Part shown: positions 8,875 to 17,965 of the stretch, piece after piece | Layout: each line of letters opens with the position of its first letter | Numbering within the stretch: position 1 is the stretch's first letter | NCBI GenBank assembly: GCA_963678065.2 | Contig: CAXXVZ010000004.1 | Span: forward strand, 64,001-128,000 | DNA: 64,000 bases | Origin: Treponemataceae bacterium | GTDB lineage: Bacteria; Spirochaetota; Spirochaetia; Treponematales; Rectinemataceae | Direction: 5' to 3' | The notes under the pieces: model-generated | What the model saw: the letters and a program-made list of their open reading frames with translations, nothing else | The model's database searches: none | Told to the model about the DNA's origin: nothing | Translations under genes and position numbers: made by a program

Positions 8875-10218
8875 ATGAGCGATCGATTCGGGTCCACGGA
8901 GGAGGCCTACAACCTGAGGACAGCCCTCAGGAAGCTCGAGCACTATTCCCGCGCCGCGGGCGTATCCTCCCGGCTGATCGACGAAAAGGGTCAGTCCCTC
9001 GGCGTCTTCGACCACGAAGGCAATCCCCTGCCTCAGACCACAGAAAATCGGGACTGCGGCTGTGTCGTATCCGGCATTCTCGGGGGCGATGAACCCGGGG
9101 AAGACCTTCGGGCCCATCTTTTCGGGGCCTTCCAGGCCGAACGATTCGGGGGAAAATACATCCAGCTCTGTCCCCATTCCCTGCTGTTCTGGACTGCCCC
9201 GATCATCGTCGACGGCATCATGCGGGCATCTTTCATCGGCGGCCCCGCGATGGTGGTGGATCCGAAGGAAGTGTTCGAGGAGCTTCTGTCGTCCGGCCGC
9301 ATTCCCGCGGGCAAGGAGCGCGAAATCCGCGCCGCACTGGAATCCGTTCCCCGGATCGAGCCCTTGCGGGCGGCGAGCCTGGCCGAGATCCTCGCCGACG
9401 AGGCGGCCGCTGTCTGCGTCGCCCGGCCGGATCAGCTCGAGGCCAACCGCGGGCGCCAGGAACAGCAGGCGCGCATTTCGGAGTACATCCACGGAATAAA
9501 AACGGAAAATGACGGTTCCGATGGCTCCCCCCCCTATCCGATCGAGAAGGAGCGGGAACTCCTCCTCCTCATTGCCGGCGGGAACAGGCCCGAGGCCCAG
9601 CGCCTGCTGAACGAGATACTCGGCCACATTTTCTTTTCGAGCGGCCAGGATCCCGGCGTTCTCAAGGCGCGCGTCCTCGAACTCGTCGTGTTGCTCTCGC
9701 GGGCCGCCCTGGACGGGGGCGCCGACATCGAGCAGATATTCGGGCTCAACTTTACCTATCTGAACCAGATACAGCGGATGAGGAGCGCGGACGAAATAGC
9801 GTATTGGCTGTCCCGGATCATGACCCGGTTTTCGGAGCTGGTATTCACGCTGAAAAACGTCAAGCACGCCAGCGTCATGCAGAACGCCCTGAAATACATC
9901 GGCGCCCGTTACACCGAAAACCTCACGCTCGACGACGTGGCCGGAGCGGTCTTTCTCAGCCCGACATATTTCAGCAAGCTGTTCAACGAAGAGATGAAGT
10001 GCCGGTTCACGACATATCTCAACAGTCTCCGGATCGCGAAGGCGAAGCTTCTGCTGAAGAATTCCGATATCTCCCTGGTCGACATAGCGGGACTCATCGG
10101 CTACGAGGACCAGAGCTATTTCACGAAAATGTTCAAGAAAATGACCGGCGTCTCGCCGGGGCGGTACCGCGAAGCGAAAGGCAGATCGGATGACAATCAA
10201 GAGATCCATGAAGAGTGA
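8875..10218 (+). CDS. PocR ligand-binding domain + AraC-family transcriptional regulator
   Basis: N-terminal PocR-like segment (QAERFGGKYIQLCPHSLLFWTAPII...IGGP) and C-terminal AraC double HTH (LSPTYFSKLF...IGYEDQSYFTKMFKKMTGVSPGRYR); upstream TTGTCC-N17-TATACC at 8803-8831; start approximate. Confidence 0.85.
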   Translation: MSDRFGSTEEAYNLRTALRKLEHYSRAAGVSSRLIDEKGQSLGVFDHEGNPLPQTTENRDCGCVVSGILGGDEPGEDLRAHLFGAFQAERFGGKYIQLCPHSLLFWTAPIIVDGIMRASFIGGPAMVVDPKEVFEELLSSGRIPAGKEREIRAALESVPRIEPLRAASLAEILADEAAAVCVARPDQLEANRGRQEQQARISEYIHGIKTENDGSDGSPPYPIEKERELLLLIAGGNRPEAQRLLNEILGHIFFSSGQDPGVLKARVLELVVLLSRAALDGGADIEQIFGLNFTYLNQIQRMRSADEIAYWLSRIMTRFSELVFTLKNVKHASVMQNALKYIGARYTENLTLDDVAGAVFLSPTYFSKLFNEEMKCRFTTYLNSLRIAKAKLLLKNSDISLVDIAGLIGYEDQSYFTKMFKKMTGVSPGRYREAKGRSDDNQEIHEE

Positions 10219-10352
10219 TCCGCGCGGTTTTTTAAGGTGAGCGCGGTGCGGGGGACGGGCTTTGAGTCGCGAATGAGGGTCTGCGGAAAAAGAAGCGCAT
10301 AGGCTTCCGCGCGATCCTGATGTGGTACTATGCTCGAAAGAGGGAGGATCCG

Positions 10353-13109
10353 ATGGCCCTGTTCCCGCGCAACCTCGGAGCCCTGGCTGGGAAGCCGGCA
10401 GGCAGCACAACAAGACCGGACCCGGAGCATGAAAAACGGCTCCGGAGTATCTGTGCCGTCTCCGTGGACGAGGCTCTGACCGAGCTCGAATCCCGGAAAA
10501 CCGGCCTCTCCGCAGAGGAAGCCCGGGACAAGATCCACCGCTTCGGCCCGAACGTCCTCGCGAGCGAAAAGAAACGCGGATTTCTCCTCCAGATTCTGGA
10601 TCGCTTCAAGGATCCCCTCGTCATCCAGCTTCTCGTGATCGGCCTCATCTCGTTCGCGATGGGAGACATGAGGGCCGGCGTCGTCGTTTCGGGGATGATT
10701 TTCATCAGCGTCTTCATCGCCTGGTTCCAGGAAAGGCGCTCGGGCGAGGCCGCGGAAAGGCTTCGCGCGATGGTCCAGGCCAGCGCCGTCGCCCTGCGCG
10801 ACGGGGCGGAAGAGGAGATTCCCATAAGCGGAGTCGTACCTGGCGACATCGTCATCCTCGCCGCCGGCTCCATCATACCCGCGGACATGCGCATCCTCTC
10901 GGCGAAGGATTTCTTCGTCGCCCAGTCGGCGCTGACGGGCGAATCCATGCCGGTGGAGAAATTCGCCGGCCTTGAAACCTCCGTGCCGGCCGCGACAGCC
11001 ACCGCAGTGACCACAGCCCCCGCGGATGCTGTTGCCCGTCAGGCCGGCACCGTGCCCGCTGCCCCGGCCTCCTCGCCCGCGAGCGGAATCTTCGAAATCC
11101 CCGACGCCTGCTTCCAGGGCTCAACCGTCATCTCGGGCTCGGCGAAAGCCCTCGCCGTCAACACGGGCATGAGGACCTTCCTCGGCTCCGTGGCCGCGAA
11201 TCTCTCAGGGGAAAAAGGCTCCACCGATTTCGACTCAGGTATCCGCTCCTTCGTCGGACTCATGGTGCGCTTCATGATCATCATGGTCTCCCTGACCTTC
11301 CTCATAGTGGGACTCACCAAGGGCGACTGGGCCGAGGCCCTCCTCTTCGGCCTCTCCGTGGCCGTCGGCCTCACGCCGGAAATGCTCCCCATGATCGTCA
11401 CCGTCTGCCTCTCCAAGGGAGCCATCGCGATGTCCCGCAAGAAGGTCATCGTCAAGAAACTCAAGGCGATCCAGAACCTCGGGGCCATAGGCATCCTGTG
11501 CACGGACAAGACCGGCACCATCACCCAGGACAAGGTCATCCTCGAAAAACATGTCGACATCACGAACCGCACGAGCAGCGAAGTGCTTCTCTACGCCTGG
11601 ATGAACAGCTACTACCAGACGGGACTGCGCAACCTCCTCGACCTCTCGATCCTCTCCAACGAGGACCTCGACGTCGAGCGATCCTGCCGCAAGGTCGACG
11701 AGATCCCCTTCGACTTCACGCGCAAGCGCATGTCCGTCATCGTCGAGTACGAGGGCGCGAACGTCCTCATCTGCAAGGGAGCGGTGGAGGCGATATTCGA
11801 GACCTGCGACCGCTACCAGATCGACGACGACATCTTCCCCCTGATCGACATCATCCGCGACGACATCACCGAGGAATACTCGCGCCTCTCGGCCATGGGC
11901 TACCGCGTCCTCGCCGTCGCCTACCGCGAGTTCGAAAGCTCCAAAGAGAGCTTCTCCGCCCGCGACGAGACAGGCCTCATCCTCCTCGGGTACCTGGCCT
12001 TCTTCGATCCGCCCAAGGATTCCGCCGAAAAGGCGATAGCTTCCTTAGGCGAGCACGGCGTGCGCGTGAAAGTCCTCACCGGGGACAACGAACTCGTCAC
12101 GAGAAAGGTCTGCGCCGACGTGGGACTGGCCGATTCCCGCGTCATCACCGGGCGGGAGCTCGACGCGATGAGCCCGGAGGAGTTCAGGTCCGCCGCGCTC
12201 AGGCACGATGTCTTCGCGCGCCTCACGCCAGCCCACAAGGAAGGCATCGTCCGGGCGCTGCGCGCAGGCGGGCAGGTCGTCGGATTCATGGGCGACGGCA
12301 TCAACGACGCGGCCGCCATGCGGGCCGCGGATGTGGGCATATCCGTGGACTCGGCCGTCGATGTCGCGAAGGAATCGGCCGACATCATCCTTCTCGAGAA
12401 GAATCTCCTCGTCCTCGAACAGGGGATACTCGAGGGCAGACGGCTCTTCAACAACATCATCAAGTACATCCGGATGAGCGCGAGTTCGAACTTCGGCAAT
12501 ATGTTCTCGGTGATCGGAAGCGCCTTCCTCCTCCCCTTCCTGCCCATGGCGCCCATCCAGATCCTTCTCAACAACCTGCTCTACGATGTCTCTCAGACGG
12601 GCATCCCCCTCGATACGGTCGATCCCGAGAACGTGGCCCTCCCGCAGAAATGGGACATCTCGCTGATCCGGAAGTTCATGATAGCGGTGGGGCCGATCTC
12701 TTCGATCTTCGACTACGCGACCTTCGCCCTCATGTGGTTCGTATTCGGCTGCTCGGGGTGGCTCGCGCCGGGCGCCTCCGCGGCGACGAAGCTGCAGCTC
12801 GAAACTCTCTTCCACACAGGCTGGTTCGTCGAATCCCTCCTGACACAGACACTCATCGTGCACATCATCAGGACGAACCGCGTTCCCTTCATCCAGAGCA
12901 GGGCGAGCCTCCCCTTGAGTCTCACGACCCTGGCCGTCGCGGCGATCGGCATCGCCCTGCCCTACTCGCCCGTGGCGGGATTCTTCGGCCTCGCGCCCCT
13001 GCCCCCCTCATACTGGATCTGGATAGCGGGATTTCTCGCCGCCTACGGTGCGCTGACACACATCGTCAAAACCCGGTTCAACCGTCGCCATGGAGGGATC
13101 AAATCATGA
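10353..13109 (+). CDS. mgtA: Magnesium-translocating P-type ATPase
   Basis: TGES, AVGLTPEMLPMI, DKTGT, FDFTRKRMSV, GDGIND, ASSNFGN, TGWFVESLLTQ; SD GGAGG before ATG 10353. Confidence 0.92.
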   Translation: MALFPRNLGALAGKPAGSTTRPDPEHEKRLRSICAVSVDEALTELESRKTGLSAEEARDKIHRFGPNVLASEKKRGFLLQILDRFKDPLVIQLLVIGLISFAMGDMRAGVVVSGMIFISVFIAWFQERRSGEAAERLRAMVQASAVALRDGAEEEIPISGVVPGDIVILAAGSIIPADMRILSAKDFFVAQSALTGESMPVEKFAGLETSVPAATATAVTTAPADAVARQAGTVPAAPASSPASGIFEIPDACFQGSTVISGSAKALAVNTGMRTFLGSVAANLSGEKGSTDFDSGIRSFVGLMVRFMIIMVSLTFLIVGLTKGDWAEALLFGLSVAVGLTPEMLPMIVTVCLSKGAIAMSRKKVIVKKLKAIQNLGAIGILCTDKTGTITQDKVILEKHVDITNRTSSEVLLYAWMNSYYQTGLRNLLDLSILSNEDLDVERSCRKVDEIPFDFTRKRMSVIVEYEGANVLICKGAVEAIFETCDRYQIDDDIFPLIDIIRDDITEEYSRLSAMGYRVLAVAYREFESSKESFSARDETGLILLGYLAFFDPPKDSAEKAIASLGEHGVRVKVLTGDNELVTRKVCADVGLADSRVITGRELDAMSPEEFRSAALRHDVFARLTPAHKEGIVRALRAGGQVVGFMGDGINDAAAMRAADVGISVDSAVDVAKESADIILLEKNLLVLEQGILEGRRLFNNIIKYIRMSASSNFGNMFSVIGSAFLLPFLPMAPIQILLNNLLYDVSQTGIPLDTVDPENVALPQKWDISLIRKFMIAVGPISSIFDYATFALMWFVFGCSGWLAPGASAATKLQLETLFHTGWFVESLLTQTLIVHIIRTNRVPFIQSRASLPLSLTTLAVAAIGIALPYSPVAGFFGLAPLPPSYWIWIAGFLAAYGALTHIVKTRFNRRHGGIKS

Positions 13110-13906
13110 GAAGTCTTTTGGATGCGCTCCAGGACGGACGCCTCGTCGAACTGCCCGATTGCGACAAGAAGCATGCCCTCGAACTGCTCGCCCTCATCAT
13201 CGAGGCCATTCCCGACATCGGCACGAAGACCGACCTCGTGAAGAACGTCATGGAGAGGGAGGAACAGTCGAACACGGGAATAGGGCGCGGCGTGGCCTGC
13301 CCGCACTGCCGTGTGGCGCTCGACGGGGAACTCCTGTGCGCTGTCGGATGGTCGCCCCTCGGCCTCGACTACGGCTCGCCCGACGGGAAAAAGGTCCACC
13401 TCCTCGTCATGTACTATGTGCCCGACGTGCAGAGGAACCTGTACCTGAAGGAAATTTCGGGGCTCGCGCGCGCGGTTTCGGCAGGCGATTCGATCGAGAC
13501 GCTCGCGACCTTGTCCGACATACAGACGGTGCGCGAAAAACTCCTCGACTGGGTGGGCATCGCGATCAGCGAGGCGAGCTCGGATGTCAAGGCGAGGATG
13601 ATAAAGCTCGAGGCGAGACAGGCCGCCGCCTCGGCGGCCATGGCCCTGCCTCCGGAAGTGGAGTCCATATCGGCCGCTGCCAGGATATTGCCCTTCCGCC
13701 TCGTGGCCTGGCCTTCGGGCCTCCTCGTCCTGTGCGCGGATGTCGCGCTCGCGGACAGTCTCGAGAAGCTCTCCGACCTCGGCCCGATGATCGAGGCCTC
13801 CCGGGAATTCGACGCGGCGGGTTTCAGGATCGCCGTACTCTCCCGCAGCGCCTACGCCGGCGAGCGCAGGGAGTACGAGGCGGTGGCCATCCAGCTGCGG
13901 CGCTGA
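13106..13906 (+). CDS. PTS EIIA (Ntr/fructose-mannitol type) domain protein with C-terminal extension
   Basis: ATGA overlap with the mgtA stop; EREEQSNTGIGRGVACPH..GLDYGSPDGKKVHLL; C-terminal 266 aa of the 802-aa ORF in the track. Confidence 0.8.
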   Translation: MRSLLDALQDGRLVELPDCDKKHALELLALIIEAIPDIGTKTDLVKNVMEREEQSNTGIGRGVACPHCRVALDGELLCAVGWSPLGLDYGSPDGKKVHLLVMYYVPDVQRNLYLKEISGLARAVSAGDSIETLATLSDIQTVREKLLDWVGIAISEASSDVKARMIKLEARQAAASAAMALPPEVESISAAARILPFRLVAWPSGLLVLCADVALADSLEKLSDLGPMIEASREFDAAGFRIAVLSRSAYAGERREYEAVAIQLRR

Positions 13907-13942
13907 GCGGGATTCTCCGATCAGCGGAATCCCCCGGCGACT

Positions 13943-14239
13943 TCAGATCAGGGCTTTCACGCAGGGAATCTTCCCGAGCGCGGCGTAGACGGCCCGCATC
14001 TGCTCAAGGTTCGCGAACATGACCGTCGCGGCGATCCTCGCGTACTTTCCGGGTTTCGTCGGGACCTCCGCGATCCGCGAACAGGGCACCGAGTTCGAAG
14101 CGAAAACCGTGGAGAGCTCGCTCCTCAGGGCCGAGCCTGTTTCGATGGAGTAGATGACCCTGAGGTCGAAGGTCTGGGGAAACTCGAGCTGCGCACCGCC
14201 AAAGGGCTGCGCGCAGGTCACGCTGTCGTCGTTCTGCAT
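13943..14239 (-). CDS. DUF493/YbeD-like small ACT-fold protein
   Basis: 98 aa; LEFPQTFDLRVI...GKYARI...EQMRAVYAALGKIPCVKALI pattern. Confidence 0.6.
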   Translation of the reverse strand: MQNDDSVTCAQPFGGAQLEFPQTFDLRVIYSIETGSALRSELSTVFASNSVPCSRIAEVPTKPGKYARIAATVMFANLEQMRAVYAALGKIPCVKALI

Positions 14240-14466
14240 GTATCGAAATCTACACAGGAGAGAAGCTCCGTGTCGAGGACCCGAAAGATCGTGGCGCGGC
14301 GCACATCGAATCGTACATGACCGTGACGCGGTCCTCGCGGTAATCCGCCGCCCACTCGGTGTACTTCTGCAATATCGTTCCAACTCCACGTATATGCGAA
14401 CCGCGGACGCGGAGGCGTAACATCTGTTACAGGCCGCACAAGAAAAGGCCCGTTCAGTCAGAGACC

Positions 14467-14495
14467 TTGCCCTAGTGTTCCCTGAAATGTAAACT
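14467..14495 (+). promoter_or_regulatory. Putative sigma70 promoter for the 746-aa gene
   Basis: TTGCCC-N17-TAAACT. Confidence 0.5.
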
Positions 14496-14549
14496 TAATT
14501 GTCAGGGATCGCTCATGCAGGATGACTGAGCGAGGCTAAGGAGAGCAGC

Positions 14550-16790
14550 ATGGATGTGACGGGAAAAGCAGCCTCAAACGGGCACAAGTGGAAATTCGTG
14601 CAGGTCGGAGGAGTTGATCAGGTCGTTATCAGGGATGGCGAGGATATCGCCCATATCCCCGAGCTGGATCAGAAACTCTGGGTCGCCCTCGCCATGCCTA
14701 AAAAAATTGCGGGTATTCCTGCCGAAACCCTCGATGCCCTCGACACGGACAAGGACGGCAGGATCAGAGCCCCGGAGATCATCGCCGCCATCCGTTTCCT
14801 GAAAGAGAGACTGTCCGGCCTGTCTCCCCTCTCCGTCCCTGGCGACTCTCTTTGCGTCACTTCCATCGCTCCGGCCGCATTGCGGGATTCTGCGCTCTGG
14901 ATTCTCGGCATGATCGGCAAGGACGGCGCACAGGAGATCGGCCTGGCCGACCTGGCCGCCGCCTCCGAGGTCTTCGGCCTCCAGCGCTTCAACGGCGACG
15001 GCATCATGCCTCCGGACTCCGCGGGGGAAGACTCGGCGAGCAGAGCCCTCATCGAGGACATCCTGAAATGCCTGCCGGGCGTCGCCGACGCGAGCGGAGT
15101 CCAGGGCGTCGATACCTCTGCCCTGGAGACATTCACTGCACAGGCACGCGCGTATGCGGCCTGGATGGACGCCTTCGCCGCCGATCCCCGGCTCAACACC
15201 TTCGGCGCCGCCGAAGGCGCCGTCGGAGGCAATGTTTCAGGCGCGCCGGCTGCAAACGATCCGGCATCCATGACCGCGAGCATCGCCGCGGCCGTCGCCT
15301 CCACGGAGGCGGTCCGCGCGAAGATCGACGACTGGTTCTTCCGCTGCCATCTCGCGGCGCTCGAGGGAGGCGCCCAGACCGATCCCTTCACCAACGGCAA
15401 GGAGGAGGATCGCGATCGTCTTCTCAGGACTTCCATCACCGTGAGCAACCCGGACCTCCTGTCCCTCCCGCTCGCCCGCATCGATCCTGCGGGAAAACTC
15501 TCCCTCAAGGGCCCATTCAACCCCGGCTGGACAACAGCCATGGCTGCATTCCGCAGCTCCGTGCTCCTGCCCCGCTCGGGATCGATTCCCGAAGTTCTCG
15601 ACTCAGACGGATGGGAAGACTTGAAAGCCGCCATCGCTCCCCTCGCGGCCTGGATGGCCTCGAAACCGGAGGGAGCCGTCGAGCTCCTCGGGCTCGCACG
15701 CATACAGGAGATTCTCGGGAGCGACGCGATGGCGCGTCTCGCCGCCCTCGTGGCCGAGGACGTGGCCTGGTCGGAAAAACGGCTTCTTATGGCCGAGCTC
15801 CGGAAGATGCTGCTCTTCCAGCGGGACCTGCCCAGAATCGTCAACAACTTCGTCAATTTTTCCGAGTTCTACAATCACAAATCCGCCGCCGTCTTCCAGG
15901 CAGGCACGCTCTACATCGACGGCAGAGCCTGCACACTCTGTCTGGAAGTCGACGACCCAGGCAGGCACGGCTCACTCGCGGGCATGTCGGCGACCTACCT
16001 CGCCTACTGCGCCTGCACCCGACCCGACGGGGCCAAGAAGACAATCGTTGCGGCTTTCACGGCGGGAGACGGGGATAATCTCTTCGTCGGCCGGAACGGC
16101 GTGTTCTACGACCGCGACGGAAAGGATTGGGATGCCACTGTCACCAAGCTCATGCCCCAGCCGATCAGCATCAGGGAGGCGTTCTGGAGCCCCTACAAGT
16201 GGCTCGGCAAGACCTTCGAGGAAATCGTCGGGAAACGGGCTTCCGCAGCCGACGCCTCCTCGCAGGCCAAACTCAAGGGTGCCACCGAGACGGCGGTCGC
16301 TGGCGTCGCCGACGGCAAGAAGGTCGAGCCGCCCAAGAAGTTCGAGGTCGGGACGGTCGCCGCCATCGGCGTAGCCCTCGGCAGCATCGGCGCCATGGTC
16401 ACGGGAATACTCGGCACCTTCCTCGGGCTCGGCGTCTGGATGCCGGCCGGCATCCTCGGGGCACTCCTCATGATCTCGGGTCCCTCGATGATCCTCGCCT
16501 ATTTCAAGCTCCGAAGGCGCAATCTCGGGCCCGTGCTGGACGCCTCGGGCTGGGCCATCAACGGCAGGCTCAAGATCAACGTACCCTTCGGACGGACCCT
16601 CACCTACACTGCGGCCCTCCCCTCCAACGCCGAGCGCTCCCTCATCGACCCCTACGCCGAGAAAAAACGCCCCTGGAAACTCATCCTCGCAGCCTCCGTC
16701 ATCCTTATCCTGGCCATCCTGTGGCTGCTGGGCGGCCTCAATCAGATACTGCCCAGAAACTGGTGGTACTCCACCCTCATCGGGAAATAA
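14550..16790 (+). CDS. Membrane-anchored hypothetical protein with an EF-hand-like loop
   Basis: 746 aa; AAGGAG SD; DTDKDGRIRAPE loop; C-terminal hydrophobic helices. Confidence 0.8.
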   Translation: MDVTGKAASNGHKWKFVQVGGVDQVVIRDGEDIAHIPELDQKLWVALAMPKKIAGIPAETLDALDTDKDGRIRAPEIIAAIRFLKERLSGLSPLSVPGDSLCVTSIAPAALRDSALWILGMIGKDGAQEIGLADLAAASEVFGLQRFNGDGIMPPDSAGEDSASRALIEDILKCLPGVADASGVQGVDTSALETFTAQARAYAAWMDAFAADPRLNTFGAAEGAVGGNVSGAPAANDPASMTASIAAAVASTEAVRAKIDDWFFRCHLAALEGGAQTDPFTNGKEEDRDRLLRTSITVSNPDLLSLPLARIDPAGKLSLKGPFNPGWTTAMAAFRSSVLLPRSGSIPEVLDSDGWEDLKAAIAPLAAWMASKPEGAVELLGLARIQEILGSDAMARLAALVAEDVAWSEKRLLMAELRKMLLFQRDLPRIVNNFVNFSEFYNHKSAAVFQAGTLYIDGRACTLCLEVDDPGRHGSLAGMSATYLAYCACTRPDGAKKTIVAAFTAGDGDNLFVGRNGVFYDRDGKDWDATVTKLMPQPISIREAFWSPYKWLGKTFEEIVGKRASAADASSQAKLKGATETAVAGVADGKKVEPPKKFEVGTVAAIGVALGSIGAMVTGILGTFLGLGVWMPAGILGALLMISGPSMILAYFKLRRRNLGPVLDASGWAINGRLKINVPFGRTLTYTAALPSNAERSLIDPYAEKKRPWKLILAASVILILAILWLLGGLNQILPRNWWYSTLIGK

Positions 16791-16813
16791 GGCGCGGATC
16801 GCGGAAAGGGAGT

Positions 16814-17437
16814 TCAGGAGACAATGCGGAGCTTCGTCAGTCCGTCGTAGATGAACTGAACGGAGAGGCCCGCCAGGAGGAGGCCCATGATCCGCTCCAC
16901 GACGGAGACGCCCGTCTTGCCGAGGACCTTGAGCACGATCCCCGAGGCGGAAAGCGCGAGGAACATCGCGACGAGGGCGACGATGATGGCCACGAAGAGC
17001 ATCAGGGTGGTAGTAAAGAAGGGATAGTCTCCCGCCGAATACAGCATGATAGTGGTCACCATGCCCGGACCCGCGATCATGGGGATGGCGAGAGGAAAGA
17101 CCGCGATGGAATTGTGCTCCTCTTCCGGGTTTTCGTCGCTCGAAACCCTCGAGCGCTTGGGCTGGCCGAAAAGCATGTCGATGGCGATGAGGAAAAAGAG
17201 GAAACCACCCGCGACATAGAATGACCCCGGCAGGATGCCGAAAAAGCGCAGAATGATCCTTCCTCCGAGGATGAACACCGAAAGCACGATGAAGGAAGTC
17301 ATGATGGCCGTCTTGATCGTCTGTTTTTTCGCCGCCGCGGACAGATCGCCGGAGAGAGAAATGAACAGGGGGACGGCGCCGAGCGGGTCCATGACGACGA
17401 GTGAGGTGAGAAGTATCCGTAGAAACAGTTCGCTCAT
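16814..17437 (-). CDS. MarC family membrane protein
   Basis: MDPLGAVPLF, IAVFPLAIPMIAGPG, ERIMGLLLAGLSVQFI. Confidence 0.9.
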   Translation of the reverse strand: MSELFLRILLTSLVVMDPLGAVPLFISLSGDLSAAAKKQTIKTAIMTSFIVLSVFILGGRIILRFFGILPGSFYVAGGFLFFLIAIDMLFGQPKRSRVSSDENPEEEHNSIAVFPLAIPMIAGPGMVTTIMLYSAGDYPFFTTTLMLFVAIIVALVAMFLALSASGIVLKVLGKTGVSVVERIMGLLLAGLSVQFIYDGLTKLRIVS

Positions 17438-17487
17438 GAATCCACTGTAGGTTATGAGCGCGGCAGAAGGCAATACGAAATTGCGGT

Positions 17488-17516
17488 TTGACAGAGCCCG
17501 GAATGCCCCGTATATT
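17488..17516 (+). promoter_or_regulatory. Sigma70 promoter for trxA
   Basis: TTGACA-N17-TATATT. Confidence 0.7.
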
Positions 17517-17559
17517 GTTCTTCTCTCGATCATTGTTTTTCATTTTTCCAGGAGCAGTC

Positions 17560-17883
17560 ATGAGCGCCGAATTCATCGTAACCGCCGACAATTTCCAATC
17601 CGAAGTACTCGATTCGCCCGTACCTGTCCTCATCGATTTCTGGGCCGAGTGGTGCATGCCCTGTCGCATGATAGCGCCTTCCGTGGAACAGCTCGCTGCC
17701 TCCTACGAGGGAAAGATAAAAGTCGGCATGGTAAATGTGGACAAAGAAAGCGATCTCGCCTCACAGTACGGCATCATTTCCATCCCCACACTCATCGTCT
17801 TCAACGGAGGCCAGCTCGTACGCCAGAAAGTGGGAGCCCTGCCCAAACACGAGATTGAAAATCTCTTCAAGGATCTCGTCTGA
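17560..17883 (+). CDS. trxA: Thioredoxin
   Basis: [23 protein letters not shown]; 107 aa. Confidence 0.92.
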   Translation: MSAEFIVTADNFQSEVLDSPVPVLIDFWAEWCMPCRMIAPSVEQLAASYEGKIKVGMVNVDKESDLASQYGIISIPTLIVFNGGQLVRQKVGALPKHEIENLFKDLV

Positions 17884-17965
17884 ACACGAGGATCCGTTTG
17901 AGTTCCAGATAAAGCCTGGTTTTAAGCGCTTCTTCGCTGTATCAGTGCGGACACCAGTGCTGTTT

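Noticed and set aside
10219..10352. M-box (ykoK) riboswitch or MgtL-type leader before mgtA
   Set aside because: No recognisable M-box sequence, and the likely -10 lies only about 20 nt before the start codon.
11498..13105. 802-aa ORF as an N-terminally extended EIIA protein
   Set aside because: The first 536 codons are an Arg/Pro-rich alternative frame of mgtA; the real start is the ATG at 13106 with a GGAGG SD.
14480..14508. TCCCTGA...TCAGGGA hairpin as part of a two-hairpin riboswitch
   Set aside because: It overlaps the predicted -10 element, so its 5' arm would not be transcribed.
17560..17883. WCMPC active site as a novel thioredoxin class
   Set aside because: A single substitution in an otherwise ordinary TrxA; not enough to claim a different function.
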